From positions 4,739 through 68,738 of the forward strand of contig DATEAH010000001.1 of assembly GCA_035288465.1 (NCBI GenBank): DNA of 64,000 bases, given 5' to 3'. The notes under the pieces are model-generated. The model ran no database searches and was not told the origin of the DNA. It saw only the letters and a list, made by a program, of their open reading frames with translations. A program made the translations under genes and the position numbers. Numbering within the stretch: the stretch's first letter is position 1; every line of letters begins with the position of its first letter. The DNA comes from Patescibacteria group bacterium. GTDB lineage: Bacteria > Patescibacteriota > UBA1384 > DATEAH01. Of the stretch, positions 29,123 through 37,152 are shown piece by piece.

Positions 29123-30007
29123 ATGGATAAGGTTATTAAAGTTGATGGTTTTGAGATTAAATTAACTCATCTTGATCGTATAATTTGGTCTAAGGAAAAA
29201 ATTTCAAAAGCTGATTTAATTAATTATTATCAGCAAATTTCTAAGGTAATTTTGCCTTATCTTTATAATCGACCCATCACAATTAAACGATGTCCAGGTG
29301 GGGTTGATCGGGAATGTTGGATTCAAAAAGACTTTAAAGGTGAGAAGTTACCTAAATTTGTGAAAACTTATTCGACCATTGCCAAATCAACACAACATCG
29401 GGTTGATTATATTTTAGTCAATAATTTAGCAACTTTGTTGTGGTTAGTAAATTTAGACACAGTTGAATTTCATCTTTGGTTGTCGACGATAAAAAAGCCC
29501 AATAATCCTGACTGGTTGGTTTTTGATGTCGATTTGACAAATGGCGGGAAAATAAACGATGCGGTTCGGGTAGTTGAGATTCTTAAATCAAGATTATTAA
29601 AACTAAGACTAAGAAATTATTTGAAAACAACGGGGATTTCGGGTTTGCATTTGGTGATACCCTTAGCTACCAATAATTCATATTTAATGATTCGCAAATT
29701 TATGAAAGACTTAATATATAAAATTGATTTAGAATTTCCCGAATTAATTGCCACAGAAGCTCGGATCAAAAAAAGACAGGGCAAAATTTATTTAGATCCT
29801 TCACAAAATTCCAAAGGGCGCACCATTATTTGCCCTTATTCTTTACGCGCTACTCAAACCGCAACAGTTTCGACTCCACTTGATTGGGCAGAATTAGCTA
29901 ATTTGAAAATTAAAAAATACAATTTGAAAACTCTGCCTGGGCGATTAAAATCAAAAGGCGATATTTTTAAAGCAATTTTATCTCAAAAACAAAAATTGAT
30001 AATTTGA
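29123..30007 (+). CDS. Stand-alone LigD polymerase/primase (PolDom) domain protein
   Basis: ADLINYYQQISKVILPYLYNRPITIKRCPGG...WLVFDVDL...GISGLHLVIPL matches NHEJ primase-polymerase motifs. RBS ggaagg then ATG at 29123. Confidence 0.8.
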   Translation: MDKVIKVDGFEIKLTHLDRIIWSKEKISKADLINYYQQISKVILPYLYNRPITIKRCPGGVDRECWIQKDFKGEKLPKFVKTYSTIAKSTQHRVDYILVNNLATLLWLVNLDTVEFHLWLSTIKKPNNPDWLVFDVDLTNGGKINDAVRVVEILKSRLLKLRLRNYLKTTGISGLHLVIPLATNNSYLMIRKFMKDLIYKIDLEFPELIATEARIKKRQGKIYLDPSQNSKGRTIICPYSLRATQTATVSTPLDWAELANLKIKKYNLKTLPGRLKSKGDIFKAILSQKQKLII

Positions 30008-30029
30008 CCTTTTTAATATTAAGGAGGAT

Positions 30030-30839
30030 ATGCCTGAATTGCCCGAGGTGCAAACAATTGTTGACGAATTAAATCAGAAGGTCGTCGGCCGGAAAATTGC
30101 CAAAATTAAGATATTATCGCCGAAATCTTTTGTGGGTGATAAAAAAGTTTTAATTAATAAGACAATTAAAAAAATTCGCCGTCGGGCGAAGATTTTGATT
30201 TTTGAACTGGACAGCGGATTTTTTGCCGTGCATCTGAAGATGACAGGACAGATAATAATTCAAAATTCAAAAATCAAAATGCAAAATGGATTGAAACACA
30301 TAAGAGTAATAATAAAATTTACGGATGGGACAGAATTAGTTTTTAATGATTTGAGGAAATTTGGGTGGATAAAAGTTATAGATAAAGACGGACTCGATAA
30401 AATTGAGACCGCTCACGGCATTGAGCCGTTTTCAAAAGATTTTAGCAAAGAAAAATTTTGGCAAATAATTTCTTCTCGGCGAATTCCGATTAAAACTGCG
30501 ATTATGGACCAGAGCAAATTGGTTGGCGTGGGCAATATTTATGCAAATGAAGCGCTCTTTTGTGCGGGGATTATGCCTAATCGACCAGCGAATAAATTAA
30601 GTCGTCAAGAAGCAAATAAACTTTTTGATTGTATTTTGTTGGTTTTAAAAGAGGCGATTCGCGACAAAGGAACCTCGAGTGAAAATTATGTGCGCACTGA
30701 TGGCAGTTTAGGCAGACACGATAAAAATCTAATGATTTATGGCAAAAAAGGACAGCCTTGTCCCAAATGTACCGGCAAAATCGAATGGCTGAAAATCGGC
30801 GGTCGCGGCTCATTCTATTGTTCAAAGTGCCAACATTGA
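30030..30839 (+). CDS. mutM: Formamidopyrimidine-DNA glycosylase
   Basis: N-terminal MPELPEVQT, H2TH region, and C-terminal zinc finger CPKCTGKI...GGRGSFYCSKCQ. Confidence 0.9.
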   Translation: MPELPEVQTIVDELNQKVVGRKIAKIKILSPKSFVGDKKVLINKTIKKIRRRAKILIFELDSGFFAVHLKMTGQIIIQNSKIKMQNGLKHIRVIIKFTDGTELVFNDLRKFGWIKVIDKDGLDKIETAHGIEPFSKDFSKEKFWQIISSRRIPIKTAIMDQSKLVGVGNIYANEALFCAGIMPNRPANKLSRQEANKLFDCILLVLKEAIRDKGTSSENYVRTDGSLGRHDKNLMIYGKKGQPCPKCTGKIEWLKIGGRGSFYCSKCQH

Positions 30840-30967
30840 CATTTTAATTTAAAAATACTAAAATAAAAACAAGGCAATGAAAAAAACAATTGTTGATAAT
30901 GTTTTAACTCTAATTCTAAACAATTCATTTTAGGATTGGGGAAAAAGTTGCCGATTTCTTTAGAAAG

Positions 30968-30993
30968 CTGGCCCCGATCCGGGGCTAGTTTTT
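30968..30993 (+). terminator. Rho-independent terminator after mutM
   Basis: gccccgatccggggc hairpin plus T-run. Confidence 0.6.
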
Positions 30994-31036
30994 AAATTGG
31001 TTCAAATTTTAGGATCCTAGAAAGGAGGAGATAAGT

Positions 31037-31330
31037 GTGAGGGTAAGCCGAGATCCAGTTTGTGAAATGATAGATCATATGACAGTGGCTGAAATTGATG
31101 GTTTACCAGAGGAATCTAAAGAGACAATTCGCAAATGGGGACTAGGAAACGGCGCTGGTAGTGAAACCTTTGTTCTGAAAGAAGTTGGTGAAGTTTTTAA
31201 TCAACAGGGAGAAACTGCCGCAATTCAAGTTGTAGAAAAACAAAGGGGAATTTTCAAGATAATCGCATACAATTTTCTCAATAAACTGCGTACAGAAAGG
31301 GAGGCCAAACATCATAGAAGAGCTGGTTGA
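31037..31330 (+). CDS. Hypothetical protein, 97 aa
   Basis: GTG start after RBS ggaggag. An open frame with a CxC...CxxC zinc-ribbon-like tail continues in the +1 frame to 31523. Confidence 0.35.
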   Translation: MRVSRDPVCEMIDHMTVAEIDGLPEESKETIRKWGLGNGAGSETFVLKEVGEVFNQQGETAAIQVVEKQRGIFKIIAYNFLNKLRTEREAKHHRRAG

Positions 31331-31589
31331 AAAAAGCATTAAATGCAAGTGTGGACAAATCAATCTGGTCTCAAAATTAAAGGATAACTATGATTTGTTT
31401 TCTGGAACTGGGAAAATTACACTTTATTGTTATGGGTGCGGCGCGGAAATTGCATTTAAGGATTATTATAATCTACAGAGAGGATTATTTAAAATTTTTG
31501 CATCAAAGGTTTTTGTAGGTTAAATTTTATCACAAATTAGGGGAAAGTACTCCAAACCACAAAACATTGGAAGCTTTCCCTCTTTTTAT

Positions 31590-31618
31590 TGAGTAATCTT
31601 GGCTTTGGGAATATAATA
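31590..31618 (+). promoter_or_regulatory. Promoter TTGAGT-17-TATAAT upstream of recO
   Basis: ttgagt aatcttggctttgggaa tataat. A terminator-like hairpin gggaaag...ctttccc plus T-run lies just upstream. Confidence 0.4.
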
Positions 31619-31637
31619 GAATTAAGAGGGAGGTGAA

Positions 31638-32393
31638 TTGATTCAACACAAGGATTCAGGCATAATTATTCGGGGCCGGGATTTTTTTGAAGCGGATAAA
31701 ATTCTCACGATTTTAACCGGTAAAAGAGGTAAAATTCGCGCCATCGCCAAAGGAATCCGCAAACCAACCGCGAAATTGGCTGGTAACCTTGAATTATTTT
31801 CATATTCTAATTTAATCTTAATAGAAGGCAGAAATTTAGAAATCGTCGCCTCGGCTGAGATTATTGAGAGTTTTAAAAATATTAAAAAAGATTTAAAAAA
31901 AACCTCGGCCGCTTTTATTATTTGTGAGTTATTGGATAAGCTTTTGAATGAAAAAGAAAGCCAACGTCGAGTATTTTTTCAAACCTTAGCCGCATTTCAT
32001 AAACTGAATTCATCTGAAGGGCTTGACCTCAAACTAATAATAGATTATTTTATGATTAATATCTTAGCAATTTTGGGATACCGGCCCGAGATTAAAAAAT
32101 GCCAAAATTGTCCAAAACCCATCACCGCTAAAAATAATTATTTTAGCATCAAACATAGTAGTGTAGTTTGTCCTGGTTGTGCGGCAAAAGAAGATTTTGT
32201 AGTTCCTATATCGTTAGAAAATTTAAAAATTATTAAATTATTTCTCGAACACGACATTGATGTTTTGGATCGAATTCGACCCAAAAATCTTTCTCAGCTT
32301 AATCTTTTTCTAGAAATGTATATTGAAAATATTTCGGAAAAAAAATTGAAATCATCAAAGTTTTTTAATATGGTTAACCAGAGGCAAGAATGA
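31638..32393 (+). CDS. recO: DNA repair protein RecO
   Basis: N-terminal OB-fold region GIIIRGRDFFEADKILTILT. C-terminal Zn motif CQNCP...CPGCAAKE. RBS gggagg then TTG start. Confidence 0.8.
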   Translation: MIQHKDSGIIIRGRDFFEADKILTILTGKRGKIRAIAKGIRKPTAKLAGNLELFSYSNLILIEGRNLEIVASAEIIESFKNIKKDLKKTSAAFIICELLDKLLNEKESQRRVFFQTLAAFHKLNSSEGLDLKLIIDYFMINILAILGYRPEIKKCQNCPKPITAKNNYFSIKHSSVVCPGCAAKEDFVVPISLENLKIIKLFLEHDIDVLDRIRPKNLSQLNLFLEMYIENISEKKLKSSKFFNMVNQRQE

Positions 32394-33496
32394 AAAATTA
32401 CGTTGAGGTTAATTTAGGCCATATTGCTGAGAACTGCCAGAATTTAAAAAAGGCGGTTGGGGGCACCAAAATCTTAGTAGTTTTAAGCGCCAATGCTTAT
32501 GGTCATGGTATAGTCGAGGTTGCCAAAACCGCCGCTCGAGTGGGCGCAGATTTTTTGGGAGTAGACTCAGTTGAAGATGGTTTAATGTTGCGCAAGAATA
32601 AAGTTACTTTACCAATTTTAGTTTTTGGCCGTCCTGATGAAGATTTATTGGTAGAGGCAGTAACCAAGGATTTATCTTTAACGGTTTTTGACCTTGAAAT
32701 GGTTAAAAAAATATCCCATACCGGCTTACAAACGAAAAAACCAGCCAAAGTGCATGTTAAAGTTGAAACTGGTTTGTGCCGATATGGAATTTTGGAAAAT
32801 GAAATTTCAGCATTTTTTGATCATCTCAAACATACTCCTAAAATTGAAATTGAAGGTGTTTATTCAACCTTTGCCGCCGCCGAAAATCGCGATAAGTCTT
32901 ATACTTTTAAACAATTGGGCACTTTTCAAAAAATTACCGATGTGTTGCGACACGAGGGATACGAAATTCCTTTAACTCATATAGCAAATTCCGCCGCGGC
33001 GCTATCAATGTCAAGTACTCATTTTAATATGGTTCGTGTGGGTTTGACGGTTTATGGATTATTTCCGAACCCAGAATTAGGCAGTTTTTTTGAACTAAAA
33101 CCCGCACTAACCTGGAAAAGCCGAATTGTTTCTTTGAAAAAACTTTCTGGCGGTGAAAAAATTGGTTTTTCAGGAGCATGCACCACGACTTTTCCGATTA
33201 AAGTTGCTGTAATCCCAGTCGGATATTCAGATGGGATTGATCGTCGGTTGTCAAATATTGCTAAAGTTTTAGTCAGAGGCAAAAGAGCCTTAATAGTGGG
33301 GAAAGTTTCAATGTGCGATTTAATGGTTGATGTTAGCCAGGTTGAAGATGTGGCGCTTGGCGACGAAGTGGTTTTAATCGGCAAGCAGGAATCAGAACAA
33401 ATCACCGCTGGTGAACTAGCGGGATTATTAGGCACAATTAATTATGAAATCGTTTCTCGGATTTCACCAGCCATTCCAAGGGTGTATGTGAGATAA
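32390..33496 (+). CDS. alr: Alanine racemase
   Basis: PLP-binding motif VVLSANAYGHG. Two-domain length of 368 aa. Confidence 0.9.
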   Translation: MKNYVEVNLGHIAENCQNLKKAVGGTKILVVLSANAYGHGIVEVAKTAARVGADFLGVDSVEDGLMLRKNKVTLPILVFGRPDEDLLVEAVTKDLSLTVFDLEMVKKISHTGLQTKKPAKVHVKVETGLCRYGILENEISAFFDHLKHTPKIEIEGVYSTFAAAENRDKSYTFKQLGTFQKITDVLRHEGYEIPLTHIANSAAALSMSSTHFNMVRVGLTVYGLFPNPELGSFFELKPALTWKSRIVSLKKLSGGEKIGFSGACTTTFPIKVAVIPVGYSDGIDRRLSNIAKVLVRGKRALIVGKVSMCDLMVDVSQVEDVALGDEVVLIGKQESEQITAGELAGLLGTINYEIVSRISPAIPRVYVR

Positions 33497-33590
33497 AAAG
33501 TTAAAACTCAAAAGTCAAATGTCAAAATTTTTATATTTTTGACTTTTATAAGCTCGCTTGTTATATTTAAGTTGAAAATTAAGGAGTAAA

Positions 33591-35057
33591 ATGGCGGAAA
33601 ATAAATTAGAAAAAATTGTCTCGTGGGCGAAAAGAAGAGGTTTTATGTTTCCATCTTCGGAAATTTATGGTGGTGTAAATGGTTTTTATGATCTCGGACC
33701 ATATGGGGTCGCCTTGAAAAATAATCTTAAAAGACTGTGGTGGAAGAGATTTGTTGAGGAACGGGATGATGTAGTTGGTTTAGAATCATCAATTATTATG
33801 AATCGAAAGGTCTGGCAGGCGTCAGGACACGAAAAAGGGTTTATGGATCCTCTGATGGAATGTCAGAATAAAAATTGTCAAGCGAGATTCAGAGAAGATC
33901 TTATTTTTGTAGATGAAATTCCCAAGACTAGCAAAGAATGGATTCTATGGGCACAAAATTGGGAAGATCTATATTTTATGTTTCATCCGGAAGGAGATGG
34001 ATATAAAAAGAATATAAAATTAGCGAGAGAGACTTTGGCAAAAAGTGGTGAGGTAATTTGTCCCAAATGCGTAATTAGCACCAATTATAAAATCAAGCAG
34101 TTTAACCCGATGTTTAAGACCAATATTGGTGTGATTGAAGACGAGAACTCAAAAACATATTTGCGGCCGGAAACCGCACAGGGAATGTTTTGCGATTTTA
34201 AGCTAATTTTAGAAACTGCACGACAGAAAATTCCTTTTGGAATTGCACAAGTGGGAAAATCATTTCGGAATGAAATCAATACTAAAGATTTTCTTTTTCG
34301 AGTGCGTGAATTTGAAATTGCGGAGATTGAATATTTCATAAAACCCGGCGAAGACGAAGCGGCTTTTGACGAGTGGCTAAAAAATTGGAAAGATTTTGTC
34401 CTATCGCTTGGCATAAAAGAAGAAAATATTAAAGAATATGAACATCCGAAAGAAGATTTATCGCACTATTCAAAACGGACTGTGGATTTGCAATTTAATT
34501 ATCCGTTCGGGTGGAAAGAATTAACCGGAGTAGCGAATCGGACTGATTTTGACCTGAAAGCTCATGAAAAAGCTTCTGGTAAAGATTTACATTATTTTGA
34601 TCAGGAAAGCGGGAAAAAATATTTACCATTTGTGATTGAACCGACTTTAGGGATAGAACGTTTAATGTTAGCGGTAATTTGTGATGCCTTTGAAGAAACT
34701 GAAGCGAGGACTGAAACTACCAAAGCTGTGACTGAAAAAGAAACAGTTTTGCATTTTGCCCCCTCAATTGCACCGGTCAAGGTGGCAATTTTGCCATTAG
34801 TTAAAAAATTATCCAATAAGGCTAATGAAATTTATAAGGATTTGAAAATGTGTTGGCCAGTTGAATTTGATGAATCAGGCTCGATTGGTCGTCGCTATCG
34901 ACGCCAAGACGAAATCGGTACGCCATATTGTGTAACCGTAGATTTTGAAACCGAGAAAGATAAAAAAGTGACGATTCGTAATCGTGATACCATGAAACAA
35001 GACCGCGTTGCCATTTTAGAATTGAAAAATTATTTATGGGATAAAATTGGAGCATAA
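33591..35057 (+). CDS. glyQS: Glycyl-tRNA synthetase (dimeric alpha2 type)
   Basis: N-terminus ...RRGFMFPSSEIYGGVNGFYDLGPYG. Class II motifs. About 488 aa, as in archaeal/eukaryote-like GlyRS. Confidence 0.9.
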   Translation: MAENKLEKIVSWAKRRGFMFPSSEIYGGVNGFYDLGPYGVALKNNLKRLWWKRFVEERDDVVGLESSIIMNRKVWQASGHEKGFMDPLMECQNKNCQARFREDLIFVDEIPKTSKEWILWAQNWEDLYFMFHPEGDGYKKNIKLARETLAKSGEVICPKCVISTNYKIKQFNPMFKTNIGVIEDENSKTYLRPETAQGMFCDFKLILETARQKIPFGIAQVGKSFRNEINTKDFLFRVREFEIAEIEYFIKPGEDEAAFDEWLKNWKDFVLSLGIKEENIKEYEHPKEDLSHYSKRTVDLQFNYPFGWKELTGVANRTDFDLKAHEKASGKDLHYFDQESGKKYLPFVIEPTLGIERLMLAVICDAFEETEARTETTKAVTEKETVLHFAPSIAPVKVAILPLVKKLSNKANEIYKDLKMCWPVEFDESGSIGRRYRRQDEIGTPYCVTVDFETEKDKKVTIRNRDTMKQDRVAILELKNYLWDKIGA

Positions 35058-35471
35058 ATGATAGAAATTAAAATATATAAGAAGAATCAGATTGCAAAAC
35101 AGATTGACAAGTTTGTTTTGGAATATAACTCAATTGGATACAAAGATCGGATTTTTGTTAGGAAAATGTTGTTGAGTTCGCTTTTTTTAGGGATTGCATA
35201 TCTTAATAATAAAGCGGTCGGTTTGGGAAGAATTATTGGAGACGGGGTTCGTTATAGTTTTATTGTTGACGTGATGGTAAATGATGATTATCGAGGTAAA
35301 GGAGTTGGCAAAAAATTAGTCCAAAAATTAGCGAGGACAAATAACACTACCTTTATTCAGCTCAACAATGATCCAAAAGATCCTGGGCTGAAAGAATTTT
35401 ATCAAAAAGTTGGTTTTAAAATGTCTAAAGATATTCATGTTTTTGAGTGGCCGAATAATAAGAAAGTTTAA
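35058..35471 (+). CDS. GNAT-family N-acetyltransferase
   Basis: Acetyl-CoA binding motif YRGKGVGKKLVQKL. Confidence 0.6.
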   Translation: MIEIKIYKKNQIAKQIDKFVLEYNSIGYKDRIFVRKMLLSSLFLGIAYLNNKAVGLGRIIGDGVRYSFIVDVMVNDDYRGKGVGKKLVQKLARTNNTTFIQLNNDPKDPGLKEFYQKVGFKMSKDIHVFEWPNNKKV

Positions 35472-35473
35472 AA

Positions 35474-35905
35474 ATGAATAGTTTAGTGATTTATGATTCA
35501 AATTATGGCAGTACTAAAAAAATTGCCCAAACAATTGCGGAAAAATTAGAGGCAGAAATATTTGCTGTTTCGGAAATTACCGATGACCAATCTTTTAAAA
35601 TCGATTTATTGGTTGTTGGAAGCCCGGTAAATGCTTTTCGGCCATCTAAAAAAATGTTGGATTTTTTGGATACTTTAAAGAGCGGTGATTTGGAGAATAT
35701 TAAAGCGGCCGCTTTTGATACCCGGGTGAAGCTATTTATCCATGGGGATGCAGCCGGGAAAATATCCAAAAAATTAGCCCAAGCTGGAGCGGAAATGGTG
35801 GCTTCGCCGCAAGCCTTTTATGTAAAAGGCAAAGAAGGACCGTTATTTGATGGTGAAATTGAAAAAGCACAAGAATGGGCCGAAGATCTCAAAAATAAGA
35901 TTTAA
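35474..35905 (+). CDS. Flavodoxin-like protein
   Basis: N-terminus VIYDSNYGSTKKIAQ matches the flavodoxin FMN-binding loop (T/SxTGxT-like). About 143 aa. Confidence 0.55.
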   Translation: MNSLVIYDSNYGSTKKIAQTIAEKLEAEIFAVSEITDDQSFKIDLLVVGSPVNAFRPSKKMLDFLDTLKSGDLENIKAAAFDTRVKLFIHGDAAGKISKKLAQAGAEMVASPQAFYVKGKEGPLFDGEIEKAQEWAEDLKNKI

Positions 35906-35925
35906 TTAATAATTTATTAAAAATT

Positions 35926-35950
35926 CAAAAAAGGCTAAAAAGCCTTTTTT
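35926..35950 (+). terminator. Rho-independent terminator
   Basis: aaggctaaaaagcc hairpin plus TTTTTTT. Confidence 0.65.
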
Positions 35951-35978
35951 TGTTTGGAGTTATCAACAGATGGGTATC

Positions 35979-36056
35979 TTGACAGAAAATCGGGGTGGAT
36001 TATAATGGGGTTAATGATACAAATTGTGGATAAAAGTGGGGCAACGTGGAGAGATT
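35979..36056 (+). promoter_or_regulatory. Pmra promoter (TTGACA-16-TATAAT) followed by an MraZ operator of GTGGR direct repeats at 10-nt spacing
   Basis: TTGACA at 35979-35984, TATAAT at 36001-36006, then GTGGAtaaaaGTGGGgcaacGTGGAgag. Three repeats with 10-nt periodicity, like the E. coli/B. subtilis MraZ boxes. Confidence 0.55.
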
Positions 36057-36059
36057 ACG

Positions 36060-36491
36060 ATGTTTATCGGCGAATACCAGCATTCAATTGATCACAAGGG
36101 CAGAATTGCCATTCCAGTTAAATTTCGACCAAAATTGGCCGAAGGTTGTGTTATTACCAGAGGATTAGACAATTCTCTTTTTATTTATACAAATTCTGAG
36201 TGGGAAAAGTTAGCTGATAATTTATCTAAATTACCCATTAGCCAGTCAGACGCAAGAGCCTTTTCAAGATTAATGTTTTCAGGCGCGGCTGATCTGGAAA
36301 TTGACAAGCAGGGCAGAATCGTCATCCCGTCATTTTTAAGAAGTTTTGCCGGCTTGAAATCTGAAGTTATTATCTGCGGTTTATATAATCGCCTTGAAGT
36401 CTGGGATCGAGTCCGTTGGGATGAATACAAGAAGGAATCAGAAAAAGAATCCACAGATATTGCTGAGCATCTCGGTGATCTGGGAGTATGA
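36060..36491 (+). CDS. mraZ: Transcriptional regulator MraZ
   Basis: MFIGEYQHSIDHKGRIAIPVKFR and a second DxxGR repeat (IDKQGRIVIP). Confidence 0.85.
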   Translation: MFIGEYQHSIDHKGRIAIPVKFRPKLAEGCVITRGLDNSLFIYTNSEWEKLADNLSKLPISQSDARAFSRLMFSGAADLEIDKQGRIVIPSFLRSFAGLKSEVIICGLYNRLEVWDRVRWDEYKKESEKESTDIAEHLGDLGV

Positions 36492-36611
36492 AGAAGATTA
36501 AAAATCAAAAATCAAAAAGCAAAGAGCAAAAACAAAGAGTGAAAATGCTGATTAAAAATATTAAAATAAGCTTTTTGATCTTTTCGATTTAATCTTTTAT
36601 CTTAATTATAA

Positions 36612-36765
36612 TAGCGGCCAGCTCCATCCTCTTTCGGGGGAGCTTTACCCCATTCTGGGGATATATCACGGATTATTATTTTAGGGGGGGCATCCGTGAC
36701 CTCCAATAATTTGTTTTGTTCACCTCCTACTTTGAATTAAAACAAAAAGGAGCTGGCTGCTGCTA
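36612..36765 (+). ncRNA. Candidate structured RNA element in the position normally occupied by mraW/rsmH
   Basis: Closing stem ccagctcc (36617) with ggagctgg (36750). Internal hairpins cacggat...atccgtg around a G7 run, and gggg...cccc. No ORF. Flanked by A-rich low-complexity sequence. Confidence 0.3.
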
Positions 36766-36780
36766 GATTCGGACTTTTAA

Positions 36781-37134
36781 ATGAGACCAATGACTCTAAA
36801 CGGCTCCTTAGCCTTTGAAAAATCAAAATTTACTTCTATTAACAAACGCTTAAAAATTGGGCCGGTTTCTCTTAATTTTATTACGATTATTATTATTTCG
36901 GTTTTAGCGTTATTTTATTTAGTGCAATCTCAACAATCAAGTGCCAAAGCATATCGAATTAAAGCCATGGATGAAGCTAAAATGGAATTAATTTCACAAA
37001 ATGAAAGCCTGCAAGTTCAAATTTCCCAGCTAAAATCAATTGATAATATCAAAAATACGGCTGAGGGTTTGGGAATGGTGCCGTCGGTGGAAATCAATTA
37101 TTTAAAAACCAATAATACAATTAGCAAAAAATAG
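36781..37134 (+). CDS. ftsL: FtsL-like cell division membrane protein
   Basis: Single TM helix followed by a coiled coil. Position between mraZ and ftsI. Confidence 0.5.
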   Translation: MRPMTLNGSLAFEKSKFTSINKRLKIGPVSLNFITIIIISVLALFYLVQSQQSSAKAYRIKAMDEAKMELISQNESLQVQISQLKSIDNIKNTAEGLGMVPSVEINYLKTNNTISKK

Positions 37135-37152
37135 CTTAGGTCTAGACTTTTC

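Noticed and set aside
36495-36560. CRISPR array or tandem repeat (aatcaaaaatcaaaaagcaaagagcaaaaacaaagag). Similar short A-rich repeats occur at 10197-10220, 24500-24550 and 33510-33540.
   Set aside because: These are degenerate 6-8-nt low-complexity repeats without regular spacers of 25-40 nt or a cas gene context. They look like AT-rich simple sequence typical of this genome's spacers.
36612-36765. 4.5S/SRP RNA or tmRNA for the structured element between mraZ and ftsL
   Set aside because: It lacks the conserved SRP domain IV motif and any tRNA-like acceptor/T-arm with CCA. It is kept only as a candidate structured RNA of unknown class.
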